NCBI GenBank assembly: GCA_038141705.1
Contig: JAYQIQ010000004.1
Coordinates: forward strand, 519,135-583,134
Length of the DNA stretch: 64,000 bases
Direction: 5' to 3'
Source of the DNA: Candidatus Eutrophomonas brisbanensis
GTDB taxonomy: Bacteria > Pseudomonadota > Gammaproteobacteria > Burkholderiales > Eutrophovitaceae
Shown here: positions 53,670 through 62,378 of the stretch, in pieces
How positions within the stretch are numbered: position 1 is the first letter of the stretch
Layout: each line of letters begins with the position of its first letter
Notes under the pieces: model-generated
Database searches by the model: none
What the model saw: the letters and a program-made list of their open reading frames with translations, nothing else
What the model was told of the DNA's origin: nothing
Made by a program: the position numbers and the translations under genes

Positions 53670-54512
53670 TTACATTTTCCAAGATGCTTCGAGCTCTGAT
53701 GCGGGTATGCCATTGCTCCAAGGTAATTCGACCTCGTAGTCTCGGAGCAAACAATCATCGGGCAAACACTCGATCGCATCAAAAGATCGATGAGAGATAA
53801 ACCCGGGTCGGTGAAACCGCGTGATCTTATTCGATAACGCACAAAGACTGAGGTACACCGTCCTTCGATCCCAAGGCGACAAATTCGAACCCGATGCATG
53901 CACCAAGCAGGAGTGAAACATAATCATTGAGCCCGCTGGACCCTTCGGTGCGACAATGCCACCCGCATCCACGAGGTCTTTGATGTTGTTTTGATCGATC
54001 GTCCAAAGCGGAAAACTGGTGGTGGTGACATCGTGACCCGCGTTGACCACTCCTCGCTTGTGACTGCCAGGCACAAACATGAGTGGGCCATTGAACTCAT
54101 TCACGTCATCTAAAAAAATTGCGATATTCATCGCCCTGGGTTCCGGCATGCCATCGTCTTCGTGCCAGGTTCCAAAATCCTGATGCCACTGCCACACATC
54201 ACCTCCGAACGCGGCCTTCGCATTGACCTTGAACTGATGCATATACAGCTTTTCGCCAAACACCTCTTCTACCGGCTTCACCATTCGTGGGTGTCTCGCG
54301 AGCCTGGCATAGGCTGCGTTATACATCTGTACCGCGAAACTGGTTCGCACAATGTTGCTGTTTTTTTCGCGAACATTGGAGGGGATTTCACGCGCAAAAA
54401 TATCATCCAATTCGCCCGTTAAGACACCGACCTCTTTTTTCGAAAATAAAGACGGAAAAAATAAATATCCGTTTGCTTCGAATTTTTCAAGATCATCCTG
54501 ACTTAAACTCAT
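53670..54512 (-). CDS. PhyH-family Fe(II)/2-oxoglutarate dioxygenase, ectoine-hydroxylase (EctD)-like
   Basis: VWQWHQDFGTWHEDDGMP...NGPLMFVPGSH...FHSCLVHASGSN parallels the EctD core FxWHSDFETWHxEDG(M/L)P...NGPL..IPGSH but differs at conserved positions. Confidence 0.8.
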   Translation of the reverse strand: MSLSQDDLEKFEANGYLFFPSLFSKKEVGVLTGELDDIFAREIPSNVREKNSNIVRTSFAVQMYNAAYARLARHPRMVKPVEEVFGEKLYMHQFKVNAKAAFGGDVWQWHQDFGTWHEDDGMPEPRAMNIAIFLDDVNEFNGPLMFVPGSHKRGVVNAGHDVTTTSFPLWTIDQNNIKDLVDAGGIVAPKGPAGSMIMFHSCLVHASGSNLSPWDRRTVYLSLCALSNKITRFHRPGFISHRSFDAIECLPDDCLLRDYEVELPWSNGIPASELEASWKM

Positions 54513-54549
54513 TTCCCCGTCTCCGATATTTTCGATAAGCGTCTGGAAC

Positions 54550-55209
54550 TTATTCGTCGCGAGCCGTCAACGCGCGGGCTAACGACTCTCCTGCTTCTTC
54601 CGCATGTGTTCTGGCAAGCCGCTCGGCCGCTTCCGCATCTCGCCGATCGATCGCTTGGAGAATTTGCTCGTGCTCATCCCAAACATTGATCTCATCCCCG
54701 AGGCTCGTAAGCACGGCTCCCATCGCTCTTCTGATGTGGCGCCAATGATGTTTGGCCGCCTCATAGATCATGTCGTTCCCAGACTTCTCGTAGATCGATT
54801 GATGAAAGAGCAAGTCCGCTTGAATCAAATCGGATATCTTCCGTGCAGCAAACGCTCGGCGGCCATCCTCAATCATTTTTGGATTAAGCTTCGCACCTCG
54901 TTTAGCCGCTTCTCTCGCAGCTAAGCCATCCAGTACCGATCGGACTTGATACGTTTGCCGAATGAGCGAAGGATCGATTGGCGCGACGATTAATCCCCTG
55001 CGCCCAGAATCAATGACGAAACCATCTTTACGCAACACACGCAACGCCTGCAGCACCGGTTGTCTCGAAACACTCAAAGATTCGGCAAGGCCTTGCTGGG
55101 TGATACGAGCCCCAGGGGCTAACTCTGCCGTCGATATTGCCTCAAGCAAACTCTCGTAAACTTGATCGGTTAAATCCGGGGACACCTCTATTTTGCGCAG
55201 GCTGGGCAT
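54550..55209 (-). CDS. GntR-family (FadR/FCD subfamily) transcriptional regulator
   Basis: N-terminal wHTH (LAESLSVSRQPVLQALRVLRKDGFV) plus an all-helical FCD-like C-terminal domain. Confidence 0.88.
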   Translation of the reverse strand: MPSLRKIEVSPDLTDQVYESLLEAISTAELAPGARITQQGLAESLSVSRQPVLQALRVLRKDGFVIDSGRRGLIVAPIDPSLIRQTYQVRSVLDGLAAREAAKRGAKLNPKMIEDGRRAFAARKISDLIQADLLFHQSIYEKSGNDMIYEAAKHHWRHIRRAMGAVLTSLGDEINVWDEHEQILQAIDRRDAEAAERLARTHAEEAGESLARALTARDE

Positions 55210-55227
55210 AAATTTCCTGTAGTTTGT

Positions 55228-55235
55228 TGTATACA
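55228..55235. promoter_or_regulatory. Candidate GntR operator half-site palindrome TGTATACA
   Basis: Perfect 8-bp palindrome 19-26 nt upstream of the GntR start codon. It fits the generic GntR/FadR GT-N-AC core. Confidence 0.25.
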
Positions 55236-55436
55236 GAATACCATATATCGCCGCAATCTATGAGTACGCGTGCCCGCTCGATCTCCTAACTATCGCCTCA
55301 CCCTCACGCGAGATCAACAAAAAAGATTTCCCAAAACCAGTAAGATAAAACCTTCAAAATTTATTTCGCACGTATCAAAGCTTTGAGCCCTTTTTCCACA
55401 AAACAACGAGTGCTTCTGACCTTTGGAGTTACCTGT

Positions 55437-55514
55437 ATGGCTCTGGGCGCTTTTTTTAATGACCCGTTCGCACCCGGGTCAGAATCCAAAATTGCCTGGG
55501 GGAATATCAAATAA
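55437..55514 (+). CDS. Possible 25-aa small ORF (MALGAFFNDPFAPGSESKIAWGNIK)
   Basis: GGAG lies 8 nt upstream of the ATG, and the stop is 5 nt before the ATG of the next ORF, which lacks its own Shine-Dalgarno. No homology evidence. Confidence 0.25.
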   Translation: MALGAFFNDPFAPGSESKIAWGNIK

Positions 55515-55519
55515 AAGTC

Positions 55520-55876
55520 ATGCCAGAGCTCAGAGTTAGTGATGTGACTGAGAAATCGATTATCTTTAACGCGAGCAAAGACCCAAACGCAAGACTTGCG
55601 ATATTGCGTGACGCGAACTTCTCGCGCCCGCCTGGAGAAACCGTGAAGGCTTTTTGCAGATCGAATAAATGTTCTTACAGTCGGTACGAAGGGGATGCGG
55701 TCGAGGGTGCAATCGCGAACTTTAAAATGGATAAAAACTTACAACTGGTACTGATTAAACCCAAAGCCGGAAATCTTTGGATCGAATACAAGGGGCCCAA
55801 AGAGCATTTCACAACATTTGAAACCTTGATTAACGATATCCATACGCAATCGATCGAAATGGAGAAAACGATCTAG
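55520..55876 (+). CDS. Hypothetical 118-aa protein
   Basis: Only an ORF with coding-like composition; no family recognised. Confidence 0.45.
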   Translation: MPELRVSDVTEKSIIFNASKDPNARLAILRDANFSRPPGETVKAFCRSNKCSYSRYEGDAVEGAIANFKMDKNLQLVLIKPKAGNLWIEYKGPKEHFTTFETLINDIHTQSIEMEKTI

Positions 55877-56031
55877 GCCAAAAATCAAAAACCCTTTGCG
55901 CCCCAAATCCTGCTACCCGCTTTACCCGCAACAAACCAAAGATTTTTCTTAAAAGATTTTGTCTTTGAACGAATGGCGGTTTTGAGATACTAACCATCAG
56001 TCATTCGTTCCAACTACTTTTGAAGTCAACT

Positions 56032-58673
56032 ATGTCCGCAAATCAGCATAAAACCACCTATCTCAAAGACTACACGCCACCAAAGTTTCGTATCCCGCAA
56101 GTTGCATTGTCATTTGTGTTGGGAGAATCCGGCACGATTGTGAAGTCAACACTTCTTGTTGAGCGATCGGAAGACACCCCGGCGCACGAGCCAATTGTGC
56201 TCCAAGGTCAGGAACTGGAACTACTAGATGTTGCCATTGATGGCGTCGCGCTAAAGTCCAGTGACTATCAAGTAGACGAGACGCATCTCACGGTTTCTTG
56301 TGACAAAGAAACTTTTACGCTGGAAATCTCGGTAAAAATATTTCCTGAAAAAAATACGAGCCTCATGGGGTTCTACCAATCTAAACACGGGTTTTTCACC
56401 CAGTGTGAAGCGGAGGGTTTCCGAAAAATCACGTACTTCCAAGATCGACCCGATGTCTTATCGCGCTTTACGACGCGTATACAAGCGAAACGGGATCGCT
56501 TCCCCGTACTCCTCTCAAACCGAAACCTCATTGAGTCGGGTGCGCTCCACAAAGCCGAGCATTATGCGCTTTGGGAAGATCCGCACTTAAAACCCTGCTA
56601 CTTGTTTGCGCTAGTCGCAGGCAACTTAAAAAATATTCGTGATACGTTCACGACGAAATCGGGAAGACCCGTCAAACTCGAAATCTATGCCCCAGAAAAA
56701 CAAATTGGGTACACCTCGTTTGCGATGGATGCACTCAAACGATCGATGCGCTGGGACGAGGAGCGATTTGGGCTCGAAGTCGATCTTGATCAGTACATGG
56801 TAGTGGCCGTGGATGACTTCAACATGGGAGCGATGGAGAACAAGGGATTAAATATCTTCAATACCAAGTACGTGTTAGCCGATGCAAAAACTTCCACAGA
56901 CCGCGATTTTATGTTGTTAGACCGTGTGGTGGCGCACGAGTACTTTCACAATTGGACTGGGAACCGTGTGACCTGTCGAGATTGGTTCCAACTCTCTTTG
57001 AAAGAAGGTTTGACCGTTTTTAGAGATCAGGAATACGGAGCGGACACGTATTCGCGAGCTGTGCAACGTATTCAAGAAGTCAAAAACCTTCGCGCTATTC
57101 AATTCCCTGAAGATGCCGGCCCGATAGCACATGCCGTTAGGCCTGATTCTTACGTCGAAATCAATAACTTCTACACTGCGACGATTTACGAAAAGGGCGC
57201 GGAGTTGGTTCGAATGATTCATACCATCATAGGTGAAGAGTCTTTTCAAAAAGGTATGAAAATCTATTTTGAGCGCCATGACGGCTGCGCAGTCACAACT
57301 GAAGAGTTCGTTGCTGCGATGGAGAGCGCATCCAAAAAAGATCTCTCGCAATTTCGCAGATGGTATACGCAACCTGGTACGCCTAACATTCATGTATCCA
57401 GCCACTTTGATAAACAAAAAAAATATTTTTGTTTAACGTTCGAACAAAATTTCGGAGCCAAACGTTTTTCTGATAACCAGCCCTTGTATATTCCAATCTC
57501 GATTGCACTTTTCGATCAATCGGGGCGTGCCTTGCCCATCAAGACAAAAGAAACGCTAGAGCAGGCGAATAACGAAGCCCTGTTTGTACTCACTGAGCAA
57601 AAACAGTCCATTACGTTTGAAGGTATCGATGAACCTCCTGTACCTTCACTCTTACGGGGATTTTCCGCACCGGTAAATCTTAGCTACGACTACTCAGATG
57701 AGGAGCTCGCGACACTTTTCTTGGTAGACAACGACCCGTTTAATCGCTGGGAAGCCGGCCAACGCTTGCAAACAAGAATTATCTTAAGAAATGTCGAGGC
57801 ACTGCGAACCGGAGCGAATATCTCGATCCCTGATCAGCTAACGGCGAGCTTCGCTGCCCTACTTCGTGATCACCAATCCGATCCAGCTTTTATTGCGGAA
57901 GCCCTCTCGACTCCAACCGAAGCCTATTTGGCAGAGCAATTAGAAGAGGTCGATCCTGAATACTTGTACCAGGCGCGTGCAGCATTAAGACAAGAAACTG
58001 CGCGAGCCCTCGAGAAAGAGCTTCTCGCGATCTGCGATAAAACTGAGGATACAGAAAGTTACTCCCCAGCGCATCATCAAGCTGGTCAGCGGGCGCTTAA
58101 AAATACGTGCCTTGCTTATTTAATGGAATTGGAAACCGATACATACTCCGATCGTTGCTACTCGCAAATGTTAGAGGCAACCAATATGACGGATCAGTTT
58201 ACGGCTTACCAGCTGCTGGTTTCCCGCGACAACCCCAAGAGAGACGAGGCGATTCATTTCTTTTATGAGACTTGGAAAGAAGAACCACTGGTTGTAGACA
58301 AATGGTTATCCGCGCAAGCAACCGCGAGCCACGCTGACACCCCAAACATCGTGAAAGCATTAAAGAAGCACGAAGCGTTTGATATCAGAAATCCCAACAA
58401 AGTCTATTCACTCATCCGCGCCTTTGGCGCGAACCACAGACATTTTCACAGCGCATCCGGTGATGGATATCGACTGATTGCGGATACCATTATCGAGTTA
58501 GATGCGCTGAACCCACAAGTGGCAGCGCGCGTTGCGCGTTCGTTCGATCGCTGGAAAAAATTCGATCAAGACCACCAACGAATCGCGCGAGCCGAACTGG
58601 AGCGTATCAAAGAAACCCCAAACTTTCTTCTGATACATTTGAGGTCGTTAGCAAAGCATTAACCGCGGCTTAG
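56032..58673 (+). pseudogene. pepN: Aminopeptidase N; frameshift about 15 codons before the true stop
   Basis: GAMENKGLNIF, HEYFHNWTGNRVTCRDWFQLSLKEGLTVFRDQE (HExxH...E) and full-length colinearity with E. coli PepN. After about 58615-58626 the other frame reads NLSSDTFEVVSKALTAA* (compare the E. coli end NLSGDLYEKITKALA) and stops at 58673. Confidence 0.95.
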
Positions 58674-58690
58674 TTAGGAGGAACTCATTC

Positions 58691-59047
58691 ATGAGTAAAG
58701 AGAACGTGAAGATTTATCACAATCCAAGATGCAGCAAGAGTAGGAATACACTGGCAATTCTCGAAGAGAAAGGGGTCAACTTCGAGGTTATCGAGTATCT
58801 CAATACCCCACTCGATCAAAAAAAAATCCAATCCTTGTGTAAAAAATTAAATATCACCCCAGAAGCACTCATTCGAAAAGGCGAAGCGATCTTTAAAGAA
58901 AACTACGCAGGAAAAACCTTTACTGAGTCCGGATGGATCGATCTCATGGTGAAGCATCCGATTTTAATCGAGCGGCCGATTGTCGAAAATGGCGCGAAAA
59001 CCGCCATCGGAAGACCCCCAGAAAATATCCTCGCTATTCTTGATTAG
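58691..59047 (+). CDS. arsC: ArsC/Spx-family glutaredoxin-fold reductase
   Basis: IYHNPRCSKSRNTL N-terminal Cys motif; 118 aa. The specific function (arsenate reductase versus YffB-like) is not resolvable. Confidence 0.7.
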   Translation: MSKENVKIYHNPRCSKSRNTLAILEEKGVNFEVIEYLNTPLDQKKIQSLCKKLNITPEALIRKGEAIFKENYAGKTFTESGWIDLMVKHPILIERPIVENGAKTAIGRPPENILAILD

Positions 59048-59448
59048 TGACGCGTTGGGGCGTACCCGTGCTCTTTCATATACATGGAGAGCACGGTATC
59101 CATGCTGGCTACATGTTTTTCAAACCACTGTGCCACGGCTCTTGCAAGAATTTCTCCGAATCCCGTATCGCCATTTTCGACGCGTTTTCGGACCTCTCTA
59201 CAGATTTCAAGAACGCTATTGTGCTCATCAACATGGCATGAAGTCGGAGGAAATTCGAGCGCTTCCATCCAGCGCAATTCCTGACCAAAATGCGACTCGG
59301 TGTGGGCGATAAATTCATCGAGAAGAGCTAAGAGCTCCTCGCCCTCGAGTGAACCCATACGATTCAAATACTCAACGAACTCGCGATGCGTTGCGTCCAT
59401 GACGCCATCATCAATCACCAAATGCTCTGACCAATTGAGAATACTCAT
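59044..59448 (-). CDS. Bacteriohemerythrin-like protein
   Basis: W...IDDGVMDATHREF, AHTESHFGQE, CHVDEHNSV and WFEKHVASMD give the H / HxxxE / HxxxH / HxxxxD ligand pattern. ATG at 59448, 28 nt after the korB stop. Confidence 0.8.
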   Translation of the reverse strand: MSILNWSEHLVIDDGVMDATHREFVEYLNRMGSLEGEELLALLDEFIAHTESHFGQELRWMEALEFPPTSCHVDEHNSVLEICREVRKRVENGDTGFGEILARAVAQWFEKHVASMDTVLSMYMKEHGYAPTRH

Positions 59449-59476
59449 ACGAACGACCAACCTTAGAAACTTACAA

Positions 59477-60530
59477 TCAACGTCTCGCGGCGTTGAATTT
59501 GTCGATCGCAGACTTGCCTGGACAGAGTTCTTTTTTCCCGAGCGAATTAAGAGGCGCTGACACCGTTCCGAGCGTGTCATGTAAATCGGGACTTTCTGGG
59601 TCGACGTGTAAAACCCCAGTGACGATATCACCAGCAGCCTTCGACTTTTGTAAAAAGTGCATCGCAGCTACTCGGTCATGCACGTCATAATCTTCAGAAA
59701 TTTTTCTAAGGCGCAGTACCGTCCCGTCGTGTTGTTTGATCTCTTGTACTGACCCAGGCGCATAATCTGCCGTAATTTCATCGCGAGGCGTCATCACATC
59801 CAAAAAATTAACCGCTTCATTGTGCTCCCGGACGTAATCAAAACCCTTCGTGGAACCACTATGATTATTAAAAGCGATACACGGTGAGATACAGTCAATA
59901 AACGCAGCTCCCCGATGAGAGATGGCCCCTTTAATCAGTGGCACCAGTTGCGACTTGTCTCCAGAAAATCCTCTGGCAACATACGTTGCACCAAGCTCGA
60001 TGGCGAGCATCACCAAATCGATCGACGCACTGTGATTTTCTGCGCCCTTTTTACTTTTGGATCCTCGATCGGCGGTTGCAGAGAATTGACCCTTGGTTAA
60101 TCCATACACGCCATTATTTTCTACGATGTAAACCATGTTTACCCCGCGACGAAGGATGTGCGCAAATTGTCCGAGACCAATAGAGGCCGAATCTCCATCT
60201 CCGGAAACTCCGAGGTAGATTAAATCGCGATTGGCCAAGTTCGCACCGGTTAACACCGATGGCATACGACCATGAACACTATTAAACCCATGCGCATTGC
60301 CCAAGAAGTACGTCGGGGTTTTAGAAGAACATCCTATTCCCGAGAGTTTGGCAACGCGATGGGGGTAATTCCAATTCATAACATGCCTGGATAATCGCAG
60401 CACTGATTGAATCATGGCCACAGCCTGCACACAGCGTTGACACCGCACCCTCATAATCTCGACGCGTAAAACCATGCTTATTTCGTTCAAGCTCAGGGTG
60501 GCGTAATTTTGGCTTTGCGATAAACGTCAT
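59477..60530 (-). pseudogene. korB: 2-oxoacid:ferredoxin (acceptor) oxidoreductase beta subunit; one frameshift
   Basis: N-terminal CAGCGH, the ThDP motif GDGDSASIG...ENNGVYGLTKGQ. Fragments 60321-60530 and 59477-60490 join at the G5 run 60361-60365 (ELELP|HRVAKLSGIGCSSK). Confidence 0.9.
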
Positions 60531-60532
60531 GG

Positions 60533-62378
60533 TTAGCTCTTTTGAGAAATAGATTTTCGTTTTTGGGAAGGCTTCAACGCATCAAGACTTTGCGTGATTT
60601 CTGATCTGATAAAGCGCGCCGTAATGGGGCTACCGTTATAGTGCAAGATCGACGTGATCCGGTTCGGGTCAATATTACATTCAGAAACTAGGAGTGCCTT
60701 CATCTGCGCATCTCGATTTTGCTCAACCAAAAACACCCGATCATACGAATCGATAAATTCGGAAACTTCATCCCCAAACGGGAAAGCGCGAATGCGCATC
60801 GAATCGAGCGATACACCATCTTCGTCTAAATACTGCAAAGCTTCCTTCATCGCAGGTTCAGTCGAGCCGTAATAAATTACCCCAATCGGCGCCTTGGTCT
60901 TTCCCTCTTCGATGATTGCCGCTGGTAACTGTGTTCTTAATTGCTCGAACTTCCTTTGTAGTCGTTGCATATTGTCTTGGTAGTCCACACCCGACTCGCT
61001 GTACTTTGCGTATCGATCTCGGCTCGTGCCTCGGGTAAAGAACGCACCCTTGCTCGGATGGGTTCCAGGTAGTGTTCGATACGGAACCCCATCTCCATCC
61101 ACGTCGAGATACCGACCGAATTGCGCGAGCTCATCCAAACTTTCTTTACTAAGGATCTTTCCTCGATCGTAGGTGATCTCATCGTTCCACTCCAGTGGAT
61201 CGGTGAGGTGATCATTCATCCCGATATCAAGGTCCGACATAACGAGCACTGGCGTTTGGAATTTTTCCGCATAGTCAAACGCTAGGTAGCCAAAATCAAA
61301 ACACTCTTTTGGATCGGAAGGAATCAGCAGTATCTGCTTCGTATCTCCGTGTGACGCATACGCACAAGAGAGAATATCGGATTGCTGAGTGCGCGTTGGC
61401 ATCCCAGTCGAAGGCCCCCCTCTTTGCACATCAAAGATGACTGCAGGGATTTCTGCAAAATACGCGAGGCCAATAAATTCCTGCATCAAAGAAATTCCCG
61501 GCCCTGAGGTACAGGTAAATGCGCGCGCGCCATTCCAAGAAGCGCCAATCACCATACCGATTGAAGCCAACTCGTCCTCAGCCTGAATACTTGCAAAACT
61601 ATTTCGACCGGTGTCATGGTCATGACGATAGGTCTTACAAAATTTTTCATAGGATTCAGCAAGACTAGAAGGATGGCGTGATGGGATACCACGCAGCCAC
61701 GGTCGCCCCGCCGTATACACACCCAAGAGCGGCGGCTGAGTTACCATCCATAAAAATCTTGCTACCCACCGCACTCGATCGCTTTACCCGAAAACCAATC
61801 GGACAATCGAAGTGTTCGGCAGCGTAATCCATCCCAAAATGTAGCGCTTGGACGTTCGGAGAAACGAGGGCTTCTTTGCTAGAAAACTGCTCCTGAATCA
61901 GGCGTTCCACTTCAGCAATATCAATAGCCAACAAACTCGATAGCGCTCCGAGGTACACCATGTTTCGGAATAGCTGACGTTGTCTCGGATCTTTAAACTC
62001 GCGATTACAAATATCCGTTATGGGAATACCAATAACCGTAATATCCGTTCTAAATTTAGAAGCTGGAACCGGGCGCGATGAGTCATAAATCAAATATCCA
62101 CCAGACTCAATATCCAATTGATCTTGATTCCACGACTGCGCATTCATCGCAACCATGATATCGACCCCACCGCGAGAACCGAGGTGACCCTTCTCGGAAA
62201 CCCGGACTTCGTACCAGGTGGGAAGCCCCTGAATATTCGATGGGAATATATTGCGCGCACTAACAGGCACTCCCATTCGAAGAATACTTCTTGCAAACAG
62301 TTTATTCGCAGACGCAGAACCCGATCCGTTTACGTTCGCAAACTTGATCACAAAATTGTTTATTTTGCGTTCTGGCAC
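60533..62378 (-). pseudogene. korA: 2-oxoacid:ferredoxin (acceptor) oxidoreductase alpha subunit (gamma-alpha fusion type); one frameshift; start uncertain (GTG 62378 or ATG 62441)
   Basis: FVIKFANVNGSGSASANKLF (gamma-like N-terminus) and YPITPS|SSLAESY...GPGISLMQE. Fragments 61665-62441 and 60533-61774 join near 61667-61672. Confidence 0.88.
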
